Origin: an uncultured Chloroflexia bacterium
GTDB lineage: Bacteria > Chloroflexota > Limnocylindria > Limnocylindrales > CSP1-4
DNA: 64,000 nt
Reading direction: 5' to 3'
Assembly (NCBI GenBank): GCA_963709605.1
Contig: CAVPWX010000015.1
Location: forward strand, 72,684-136,683
The position numbers were made by a program, and so were the translations under genes. Shown here one piece after another: positions 9,170 through 17,617 of this stretch (the stretch's first letter is position 1; every line of letters starts with the position of its first letter). The notes beneath the pieces are model-generated. The model saw only the letters and a program-made list of their open reading frames with translations, had not been told where the DNA came from and did not search any database.

Positions 9170-10151
9170 ATGAGAGCAGTCGTTTGCACGGACTACGGAC
9201 CGCCGGATGTCCTTCGAGTCAGGGACGTGCCGAAGCCCGTTCCGAAGGACGACGAGGTCCTTGTCCGAATCCGCGCCACGACCGTCAGCGCGGCCGATTG
9301 CGAGCTGCGGCGGTTCGACTTCGCTCCCTGGATCTGGGTGCCCATGCGGCTTGCGTTCGGCATCTTCAGACCGCGACGACGTGTGCTCGGACAGGAGCTC
9401 GCCGGTGACGTCGAGTCGGTGGGCAAGAAGGTCAGGTCGCTCAGGAAGGGCGACCGGGTCTTCGCGGCGACGGGCATCCCCCTGGGAGCCTACGCGGAGT
9501 ACATCTGCCTGCGCGAGAACCCCCCGACCGGGGTGATCGCGACGATGCCGGCGAACCTCGACTACGCGGAGGCTGCGGCCGTTCCCTACGGAGGAGGCGA
9601 GGCCCTGTTGTATCCTGCGGAAGGCGGGCGTCCGGAGCGGACAGAGGGTCCTGGTCAACGGCGCGGGAGGGAGCTTCGGCACGTTCGCGGTCCAGCTCGC
9701 CAAGGTCCTCGGGGCGCACGTGACCGCGGTGGACAGCGCGCCGAAGCTGGAGATGCTGCGCACGATCGGCGCGGATCGCGTCATCGACTACGCCCAGGAG
9801 GACTTCACCGACAGCCCCGAGACCTACGACGTCATCTTCGACGTGGTCCGCGGCACACCGTCCGCTCGCATGGTTGGGTCGCTGACCGAGAACGGATGGC
9901 TGCTCATGGCCAATCCGGGCTTCCTGCAGATCGTTCGCGCCAGGTGGGCGGCGAGGGGAAGCAGGAAGCGGGTGTCGTTCACGGCATCGACCTTGACGGG
10001 CGAGGACCTTGCCTACCTGCGCGGCCTGGTCGAAGCGGGGCGACTGCGCCCGGTCGTCGACCGGCGCTTCCAGCTCGAGCAGATGGTCGAGGCTCACAGG
10101 TACGCCGAGGCCGGCCAGAAGCTGGGGAACGTCGTTGTCGTCGTCGCCTAG
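9170..10151 (+). pseudogene. Zinc-type alcohol dehydrogenase / NADPH:quinone oxidoreductase (MDR family) with one apparent frameshift
   Basis: The N-terminus reads MRAVVCTDYGPPDVLRVRDVPKPVPKDDEVLVRIRATTVS... and stays in frame up to ...AVPYGGGEAL. The Rossmann part ILRKAGVRSGQRVLVNGAGGSFGTFAVQLAKVLGAHVTAVD...GNVVVVVA* continues in another frame. The shift lies near 9607-9612. Confidence 0.75.
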
Positions 10152-10211
10152 TTGCGGCCACTGAAGCCGGTACACGTTGGGCCGAGCGGGCTCGAACAGA
10201 GAGGGAACACC

Positions 10212-11178
10212 ATGAAGGCCGTCATCCAGACCGGCTACGGCTCGGCGGACGTGCTCCAGCTCAAGGAGATCAACAAGCCCGTTGCCGCCGATGACGAGGT
10301 GCTGGTGCGCGTCCAAGCGGCATCGCTTGCCGCCGGTGACTACTTCGGCATGAGGGGCGTGCCCTTTCCCATCCGGATGTACGTCGGGTTCCCGAGGCCG
10401 AAGAAGGACTACGTCGTGGGGGTCGATCTGGCGGGGCGCGTCGAGGCGGTCGGCAAGAACGTGACGCGCTTCAAGCCGGGCGATGAGGTGTTCGGCGGGT
10501 GCAGCCGCGCATGCGCCGAATACACGTGCGCCAAAGAGGACCAGCTCGTTCCCAAGCCGAACAACCTGACGTTCGAGCAGGCCGCGGCCGTGCCCACGTC
10601 GGCCGTGGCCGCTCTGCAGACGCTTCGCGATCACGGCAAGGTGCAGCCCGGGCAGAAGGTCCTGATCAACGGCGCGTCGGGGGGCGTGGGAACCTTCGCC
10701 GTGCAGATCGCCAAGGCCCTCGGGGCGGAAGTGACCGGCGTGTGCAGCACGGCGAACGTGGACATGGTCGGATCGATCGGAGCGGACCATGTCATCGACT
10801 ACACCAAGGAGGACTTCACCCAGGGCGAGCCGCGCTACGACCTGATCCTCGACAACGTTGCGAGTCACTCGTTCGCGGACTACAGGCGCGTGCTCGAGCC
10901 CGGGGGGACGCTCATGCCCAACAGCGGGCATGCCGGCATGGGCTACGTCATCAAGGCGTTCCTGCTGCCGCTGTTCGTGCGCCAGGTGGAGCGCCCGTTC
11001 GTCGCGAGGCCGAACCAGGACGACCTGATCACCCTGAAGGGCCTGGTCGAGGCCGGGCGGGTCACGCCTGTCATCGACCGAGACGTATCCGCTGAGAGAG
11101 ACCGCTGAGGCCTTTCGGTATCTGGACCAGGGTCACGCTCACGGCAAGGTCATCATCGTCGTGGCGAACGGTGAGTGA
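10212..11178 (+). pseudogene. Second MDR-family NADPH:quinone oxidoreductase; apparent 1-nt insertion near the 3' end
   Basis: Reads MKAVIQTGYGSADVLQLKEINKPV...INGASGGVGTFAVQIAKALGAEVTGV. After ...VTPVIDR the conserved tail TYPLRETAEAFRYLDQGHAHGKVIIVV continues in the +1 frame to a stop at 11176-11178. The extra base is at about 11082. Confidence 0.75.
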
Positions 11179-11206
11179 GTAGCGTCCCGAGCACGAACCG
11201 AGGAAG

Positions 11207-11282
11207 TGGAGCGGGAGACGGGGATCGAACCCGCGACATGCAGCTTGGAAGGCTGCCGCTCTGCCAGCTGAGCTACTCCCGC
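11207..11282 (-). tRNA. tRNA-Gly (anticodon UCC), CCA encoded
   Basis: The reverse complement is GCGGGAGTAGCTCAGCTGGCAGAGCGGCAGCCTTCCAAGCTGCATGTCGCGGGTTCGATCCCCGTCTCCCGCTCCA. It has a 7-bp acceptor stem GCGGGAG/CTCCCGC, an anticodon stem GCAGC/GCTGC with loop CTTCCAA, and a T loop TTCGATC. Confidence 0.93.
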
Positions 11283-11407
11283 CCGGGCGCACGGCGCGCG
11301 GGCCGCGGCGAGCCCAACGGTACCACGGCCGACGGCCGGGGCTGCCGGGCCGAGAGAGCTGCAGCGGTTGGCGCGGCGTGGGCACCGCGGCCGCGCTGGG
11401 CAAGCCG

Positions 11408-13246
11408 TCAGCGACGGGTGACACTCGGCGGGCTCCAGTTGCCGAGCCCGTCGACCGCGCGCACCTGGACCGCCACCTTCGAGGTGCGACTCCGCAGCGG
11501 CAGGGCGACCGAGGTCGCGGAGGTGCGGAGGGTGGCGACCTTCCACGGTCCCCCGTTGACCGAGTAGCGGACCCGGTAGGCGACTGGCCCATGGGCATCC
11601 TTGGCCGCCTTCCAGCGTGCCCGCCAGGTGCCCGACGTGGTCGAGAACCAGAGCTCGGGCGCGATCGCGAGCACCGGGCCCGTCCGGTCGAGGTCGACCG
11701 TGGCGGCGCGCGGCTTCGAGAGGGTGCCGCCCGCGTCACGGACCTGGACCCACACGGTTCGCGGCCCGTCCCTGCCCGCGCCGCTCACCGACACCGCGAA
11801 GGACGGCGGCACCGTGATCCCGGAGCCGTCGGCGGTCGGGGCCGGGAGCGGTCGCCAGGCGTTCCACGTCGTGCCGTCCCGCCCGAAGCGGACCTCCGTG
11901 ACCGGACGGCTCCCGGGGGTGGCGGTGACCGCCGCGCTGACGGCCAGGTCCCTGGTGGCGCTCGGGGAGAGCGAGAGGGAGGCCACCCGGGGCGGCCCGA
12001 ACATCGACTTGAGGAGGTCCCAGTGCCCCGGGACGCCGCGGTCGTAGCCGAGCGCCCAGATCCCGACGCCGGCAAGGCCCCGGGAGACGGCGAGGTCGTA
12101 CTTCGGGCGCAGCGACGTCGGCGTGTCGTAGAAGACCTGGCGCCAGGTCGACGCCGCCTGGTCGTACCAGGCGTACCAGCTGACCGCCTCGCCGGGGTCG
12201 TAGAGGAGCGGCACGCCGAGCGACGCCGGCTTGCCGATGTTGCGGCGAGGGGTGTAGGTGCTGCCGGTGCCGGTCCGGGCGGCGCCGAGCTCCGCGGATT
12301 CCGTGGGCCAGCTGATGCCGTAGTACGGCAGGCCCAGGATCACCCGGCCCAGGGGAACGCCCTCTGCCGCGTATCGGTCCACCGTCCAGCGGAGATCGAG
12401 GCCGCCCGTGGTGGAGCGCCCGACAAGCGGCGCGATCGCGCCCGGGTTCGAGGAGTTGGTCCGGTAGGCGTAGCCCATGATGAAGATGCGGTCGGCGCCG
12501 GCATCGGCCGCCAGCTTGGCCATCTGGGCGCCAGAGTTGTTGGCGTTCGTCGCCACCGAGACGGTCGCCGACGGGTTGTCGGCCCGCAGGGCGGCCCGGA
12601 GGTTCGCCACGAAGACACCGTACTCGTCGAACCAGGAGGTCCGGATGAGCTCGACGTCGACGTTGACGCCCTGGGCGCCCGTCTCGCGGACGAATGCCTG
12701 CAGCTCGGAGATCGTCCGGGCCTGGCGGGCGGGGTCGCCGAAGAAGGTCTCGTTCTTGTCGTAGCCGAAGCTCGTGAAGCAGATCTCGACGCGCACGCCG
12801 CGGGCCCGCGCGGCGGCAACGGCGGCGCGCCCGAGCGACCCGGTGATCGCCCTGTAGCCGGACTGGGTCGTGTCGAGCGTCCCGCTCCCCGTCCAGGTGA
12901 CGGAGAAGAGGCCCAGAACCGAGAGGGCGTTCCAGTCGACGTAGTCGAGCGTCTCGCTGCTCATCTCCCAGTACGGGAGGTAGCCGTACACGTCGCCCGA
13001 GAGGTGGTCGCTCATCGGCGACTCGGGGCTGCCGATCGGCGGTGTCGTCGGCGCGGGCGCGGGGGTCTCCGACGGCTCCGGGGTCGGCGCGAGCGTGGGC
13101 TCAGGGGTCGGCGTCTCGATCGGCGACGGCGTCGGCTCCGGGTCCTGCGCCCGAGCCGCCTGCTCGACGGCCGGGGCAGCGAATGCCGACGCGAACACGA
13201 GCAGCGCGAGGACGACGATCGCCGTCCGTCGGGCGTGGCCGGTCAC
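11408..13246 (-). CDS. Secreted GH18 glycoside hydrolase (chitinase / spore-cortex-hydrolase-like) with C-terminal Ig/FN3-like domains
   Basis: GTG start at VTGHARRTAIVVLALLVFASAFA (signal peptide). A Pro/Thr linker follows, then a GH18-like core (GVNVDVE, IFIMGYAY, LGLPYYG, GVGIWALGYD). Confidence 0.85.
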   Translation of the reverse strand: MTGHARRTAIVVLALLVFASAFAAPAVEQAARAQDPEPTPSPIETPTPEPTLAPTPEPSETPAPAPTTPPIGSPESPMSDHLSGDVYGYLPYWEMSSETLDYVDWNALSVLGLFSVTWTGSGTLDTTQSGYRAITGSLGRAAVAAARARGVRVEICFTSFGYDKNETFFGDPARQARTISELQAFVRETGAQGVNVDVELIRTSWFDEYGVFVANLRAALRADNPSATVSVATNANNSGAQMAKLAADAGADRIFIMGYAYRTNSSNPGAIAPLVGRSTTGGLDLRWTVDRYAAEGVPLGRVILGLPYYGISWPTESAELGAARTGTGSTYTPRRNIGKPASLGVPLLYDPGEAVSWYAWYDQAASTWRQVFYDTPTSLRPKYDLAVSRGLAGVGIWALGYDRGVPGHWDLLKSMFGPPRVASLSLSPSATRDLAVSAAVTATPGSRPVTEVRFGRDGTTWNAWRPLPAPTADGSGITVPPSFAVSVSGAGRDGPRTVWVQVRDAGGTLSKPRAATVDLDRTGPVLAIAPELWFSTTSGTWRARWKAAKDAHGPVAYRVRYSVNGGPWKVATLRTSATSVALPLRSRTSKVAVQVRAVDGLGNWSPPSVTRR

Positions 13247-13277
13247 TCCCCGACCTTGGCAGCCCGGGCTGGATCCG

Positions 13278-14282
13278 TCAAACGGTGTCGGTCGCCTCGG
13301 GAGTCGGGGGCTTCCGGCGCTTCGGTCGGCGGGAGACCGGCGCCTCGGCGGCCGGGGGCTCGGTCGCCTGGGACGTCGCGAGCTGGGGGGCCTCCGTCGC
13401 CTCGGCGGCAGCGGGCTCGGTCGTCCCGGCAGCCGGCGGTTCGACGGCCAGGGGCTCAGCGGCGGGCTCCGGTGGCTCTGCCGGCACCCGGCCGGCCTCG
13501 AACCCCGCGCGGGCCGCAAACTCGGCCGAGATGCCCGCGGCGATCAGGGCGGCCTCGGCCCGGTCCCGGATGCCGAGCATCTGCTTCCGGGTCATGGCGA
13601 AGACGCCGAAGCCGAACGCGCTGCCCATCACGCCTGCGGCGGGGCTCTCGGGGGCGGGCATGCGAACGCGGAAGCGCTCCACGAGGCGAGTCCGACGGTC
13701 GTCGTCGAGCGGACGGAGGACGAACGCCCAGCTGGCGGCGAACCCGGGCATCGAGGGCATCATCCGCCCGGCCGCCTTCAGGTTGGCCGGCGTCTCCTCG
13801 ACGGCCTCGCCGGCGGCCTTCCTGGCACGGGCCGCCTCCACCTGCTGCTGCACCGTCGCCTCGTCGGCATAGAGCACCAGCGAGCTGCCCGGCTCGATGG
13901 CCCGGACCACGAAGGCGGTGTCGGGCGAGTTCGGGACGAGGTCGCCGACCGCGAGCTGCTGGAGCTCCGGGACGATCCGGTCGACGCTCGCCCCCTTCAT
14001 GTCGACCACGTCATAGCTGTACCAGCCGGCGCGGTTGTAGCCCATCTGGACGAGCCAGGGCCAGACGGCGTCCGGCGGGGCGCCGATCTCCACGCCCCGG
14101 GTCTCCACGACCGTCGCGTCCGCGACCAGGTCGTCGCCGGGCAGGACGAGGTCGGCCTCGGCCGGGTCGACGCCCCAGGACCGCCACCACGGTCGGATGG
14201 CGAATGCGTACGTTGCGCCGGCCGCGGCGGTGGCGGCGACGGCTCCGATGATCAGCTTCCCTGCGCGCATGGCGAGTGGCAC
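13278..14282 (-). CDS. SRPBCC (START/polyketide-cyclase-like) family protein with a low-complexity Ala/Pro/Glu tail
   Basis: Has an N-terminal TM segment. It then reads PPDAVWPWLVQMGYNRAGWYSYD...AFVVRAIEPGSSLVLY, typical of SRPBCC proteins. Its stop lies 32 nt upstream of the GH18 start. Confidence 0.75.
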   Translation of the reverse strand: MPLAMRAGKLIIGAVAATAAAGATYAFAIRPWWRSWGVDPAEADLVLPGDDLVADATVVETRGVEIGAPPDAVWPWLVQMGYNRAGWYSYDVVDMKGASVDRIVPELQQLAVGDLVPNSPDTAFVVRAIEPGSSLVLYADEATVQQQVEAARARKAAGEAVEETPANLKAAGRMMPSMPGFAASWAFVLRPLDDDRRTRLVERFRVRMPAPESPAAGVMGSAFGFGVFAMTRKQMLGIRDRAEAALIAAGISAEFAARAGFEAGRVPAEPPEPAAEPLAVEPPAAGTTEPAAAEATEAPQLATSQATEPPAAEAPVSRRPKRRKPPTPEATDTV

Positions 14283-14743
14283 CTCCGATCCTGCATCCTG
14301 CGGCCTCGCGCGGCCCTGTGGGGAGTGCCGGAGGGCACTCCGATGCAGGCCGGTGCGGGTGGCGGGGCCGGGTGCCTCTCGGCGGGCGGTGGACCTCGCG
14401 CGCGGCCCGGGGGGGCCCGCGGGCGGTGGTGCGCGGGTCGGGCAGTTTCCTCGTCGATGCGGCGTACCTGATCACTAACGGACTTCGAGCCTCGTCCGAG
14501 CGTCGAACCGGGTCGCGTCACCGGTCCGGGCTGGCTCGCATCCTCGTCAGCGCGTCCCCCATGGGCCAATAGCGAGGATAGCCAGGGGCGTTCCCGCCGC
14601 CCGCTCCCCCTCGACTTCGTTTGTGATCCCCAGGCGCGCATTGGCGAGGAAACCGCGCCCGCGGGCGGCGCCCGTGGGCGGCGGGCGTGCCGCGGTCGGC
14701 GAGCACCCGGCCCAGGCCACGCCCGACCCGCTACGCTTTCGCC

Positions 14744-15016
14744 ATGTGCCGCAGCATCCGTCCCCTCCGCGGCCGCGCCGCGCCTCCCGCCACCGAGGGC
14801 GACGTCCGCGACGCCGCCCGCCAGTACGTCCGCAAGGTCGCCGCGATGCGCCCCGCGGCGCGGGACGCCGCGGCGTTCGAGGCGGCGGTCGACGAGATCG
14901 CCGCGGCGACCACCCGACTGCTGGCGGCGATGGGCTCGCCGCCGGTCCCCGGGCCGGCGACGCCGCCCTCGGCATGGCCGGCACGCCCGGGCCGCCCGCG
15001 TCCCGCACGCGCGTGA
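14744..15016 (+). CDS. DUF2277 domain-containing protein
   Basis: Reads MCRSIRPLRG...ATEGDVRDAARQYVRKV...AFEAAVDEIAAATTRLL, which matches the conserved DUF2277 N-terminal pattern. The start is taken at the internal Met of the track ORF. Confidence 0.65.
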   Translation: MCRSIRPLRGRAAPPATEGDVRDAARQYVRKVAAMRPAARDAAAFEAAVDEIAAATTRLLAAMGSPPVPGPATPPSAWPARPGRPRPARA

Positions 15017-15107
15017 GCCGCCGCATGCGCCGGGAGCCGGCCACGCACGGACAGCCGGCCACGCACGGACAGCCGGCACGCTCGGGACGTCCGCGCCCCG
15101 CCCACCC

Positions 15108-15956
15108 GTGACCGACGACGCGCTCCGGGCCCAGTGGGCGGCGGTCGCCGAGCACTACGGCACGGGCTGGTCGCACGCCGGCGGCGCCGACCTCGCCTGG
15201 ATGGTCGAGGCGCTCGCCCCGCGCCCGTCCGACCGCGCCATCGACCTGGGCGCAGGCGCCGGCCATGCCAGCCTCGCCCTCGCCCCCCACGTCGCCCGTG
15301 TCGACGCCGTCGACCCGACCCCGGAGATGCTGGCGGTGGCGGGGCGCCTGGCTGCCGAGCGCGGCATCGGGAACATCGTCCCGACGGAGGCCGCCGCGGA
15401 GGCCCTGCCCTTCCCGGACGCCACCTTCGACCTGGCGATGAGCCGCTTCTCGATCCACCACTGGCCCGACCCGGGACGGGCCCTCGCCGAGGTCGCCCGC
15501 GTCCTCCGGCCGGCGGGGCGGCTCGTGATCGTCGATCTCGTCGCCCCCGAGGACGCCCGACTGGACGCCTTCCTCAACGCCGTCGAGCTGCTTCGCGACC
15601 CGACCCATGCCCGGTCGCTGCGCCCGTCGGACTGGCGGGCCGTGATCGCCGGGGCGGGCCTGGCCGGCGACATCGTCCGCGAGTGGCGCTTCCGCCACGA
15701 CACGGAGGACTGGCTGGCGCGCACCGCTCCCGCGCCCTGGCGCGCCGAGGCCGTGCGCCGGCTCCTTCGCGAGGCGCCGCCGCTGGCGCGCGCGGCGTTC
15801 GAGATCGCTCCGGACGGCTCGGGGTTCACGGTCGGGGCGGTCGTGGTGGCCGCCACGGCACGGAACGGCGCCGGGCGGGCGGCATCGAACGGAGCCGGGC
15901 GCACGGCACCGCGGGGCGCCGGGCGGGCGGCAAGCGAGGCCAGCCCGGACGGCTAG
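15108..15956 (+). CDS. Class I SAM-dependent methyltransferase
   Basis: Motif I AIDLGAGAGHASLAL, then DLAMSRFSIHHWPD and LRPAGRLVIVD. GTG start. Confidence 0.8.
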   Translation: MTDDALRAQWAAVAEHYGTGWSHAGGADLAWMVEALAPRPSDRAIDLGAGAGHASLALAPHVARVDAVDPTPEMLAVAGRLAAERGIGNIVPTEAAAEALPFPDATFDLAMSRFSIHHWPDPGRALAEVARVLRPAGRLVIVDLVAPEDARLDAFLNAVELLRDPTHARSLRPSDWRAVIAGAGLAGDIVREWRFRHDTEDWLARTAPAPWRAEAVRRLLREAPPLARAAFEIAPDGSGFTVGAVVVAATARNGAGRAASNGAGRTAPRGAGRAASEASPDG

Positions 15957-17443
15957 CGGGCCGGCGCCCCCAGGTCGCCTCGGCGCGCCGCCATCGCCCG
16001 CCGGAACATGGCCGCGTAGGCCGGCGCGGAGGCACGCTCCCAGGCCCAGTCGACCGCCATCGCCCGCCGCACCAGGCCGTCCCAGCGGCGCCGGTCGCGA
16101 TCCCCGAGGACGCCGATCGCCCGCTCGCAGGCGAACCGGAGGGCGTCGGGCGTCGCCTCGTCGAAGAGGAACCCGGTTCCGCCGTCGGGATCCTCGTGGA
16201 GGTCCACGATCGTGTCGGCCAGGCCGCCCGTCCGGCGGCCGATCGGCGGCGTCCCGTAGCGCATGGCGATCATCTGGCCCTGGCCGCAGGGCTCGAAGCG
16301 CGACGGCATCAGGAAGATGTCGGCGCCCGCGTAGATTCGCCGGGCGAGGTCGCGGTCGAAGCGCTCGACCATCGCGATGCGGCCGGGGAACGCCGCAGCG
16401 GCCGCCCGCATCCCCGCCACCAATCCGGCGTCGCCGCTCCCGAGGGCGATGATCCGGGCGCCCCCGGCGGCGAGCGCAGGCGCGGCGCCGGCCACGAGGT
16501 CGAACCCCTTCTGGGGATCCAGCCGCCCGATGACGCCCAGGATCGGCGCGGGATCGGCAGCCTCGAAGCCCACCCGGGCGCAGAGGTCGGCCCGGCAGGC
16601 CGCCTTGCCGGAGCGGTCGGCCGCGTCGAAGGGGGCCGCGATCAGGGCGTCGGTCGCCGGGTCCCAGAGCTCCTGGTCCAGGCCGTTGAGGATTCCCAGG
16701 AAGCGGGCGCCGCGGGACCGGAGCTGGCTCTCGAGGCCCATCCCCATCTCGGGCCCGAGGACCTCGCGGGCGTACGTCGGGCTCACCGTGTTGACCATCT
16801 CCGCCCGCAGGATCCCCTCGCGGAGGAGGTCGATCCCCCACCCGTCGCCGGCGGGAGGATCGGCGCCGAGGCCGATCTGGGCGACGCGGGCGCGCGGGGT
16901 CCAGCCGTGGTAAGCGAGGTTGTGGATCGTGAGCGTCATGGCCGCCGGGCCGATGAGCGGATCGGGGCCGTAGACGAGATCCCGCTGGAGGACGCCGGGG
17001 CAGGCGTGCCAGTCGTGGAGCGCCACCACGTCGAGGGGACGGCCCTCGGCCCGTCGCGTCTCCAGGGCGGCCCGCGTGAGCAGCCCGAAGCGCCAGGCGT
17101 TGTCGGCGAAGTCGCCGCGGGCGTTGCCGTAGAGCCCGTCGCGGTCGAAGGCCGGCGGGTGGTCGACGAGCCGGAGCCGATAGCCGGCCGCCTCGAACGA
17201 GCGGATCACGATCTCGCCGGACCCCCCGGCCGCGCGCGGGTCCGGGACCCGGACGGCCAGCGTCTCGACCGGCCGGTCGCGGGGCACCGGCACCGAGCGG
17301 TAGCGCGGCAGGAACACCTCGACCGGCTCGTCGAGGGCGCCGGGCACCCGCGCGAGCGACCGGGCGAGGGCATCCACGACGTCGCCCAGGCCCCCCGTCT
17401 TGGCCCAGGGCTCGCACTCGGCGGCGACGAAGATGACGCGCAC
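15953..17443 (-). CDS. glgA: Glycogen synthase (GT5)
   Basis: N-terminus MRVIFVAAECEPWAKTGGLGDVVDAL (KTGGL motif); 496 aa of full-length GlgA-like sequence. Confidence 0.92.
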   Translation of the reverse strand: MRVIFVAAECEPWAKTGGLGDVVDALARSLARVPGALDEPVEVFLPRYRSVPVPRDRPVETLAVRVPDPRAAGGSGEIVIRSFEAAGYRLRLVDHPPAFDRDGLYGNARGDFADNAWRFGLLTRAALETRRAEGRPLDVVALHDWHACPGVLQRDLVYGPDPLIGPAAMTLTIHNLAYHGWTPRARVAQIGLGADPPAGDGWGIDLLREGILRAEMVNTVSPTYAREVLGPEMGMGLESQLRSRGARFLGILNGLDQELWDPATDALIAAPFDAADRSGKAACRADLCARVGFEAADPAPILGVIGRLDPQKGFDLVAGAAPALAAGGARIIALGSGDAGLVAGMRAAAAAFPGRIAMVERFDRDLARRIYAGADIFLMPSRFEPCGQGQMIAMRYGTPPIGRRTGGLADTIVDLHEDPDGGTGFLFDEATPDALRFACERAIGVLGDRDRRRWDGLVRRAMAVDWAWERASAPAYAAMFRRAMAARRGDLGAPAR

Positions 17444-17617
17444 GGCCCGGATGGTACGCCGCGCGCCCGGCCCGCGAGATGCCGGTCCGCCCGCCCCGGG
17501 AACGTCCGCCGCCGAGGGCGCCGGGCCGGAAACGGCGCCCGGGCGACGCTCGCTCGCCGGGATTCGTGCGACTAAACCGGTTCACGAAGACCGTCGTGCG
17601 CGGTATCATCGGCGGCC

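Noticed and set aside
14547-17609. A 1020-aa minus-strand ORF. Comparable giant ORFs occur at 11378..14251, 15134..17575, 17479..20424, 19836..22058, 20579..23518 (its first part), 26464..28980, 39164..42361 and 41827..44487.
   Set aside because: Their translations are monotonous Arg/Pro/Gly/Ala strings without motifs. They lie antisense to, or out of frame with, genes that have clear family signatures. This is the expected result of stop-codon depletion in ~70% GC DNA.
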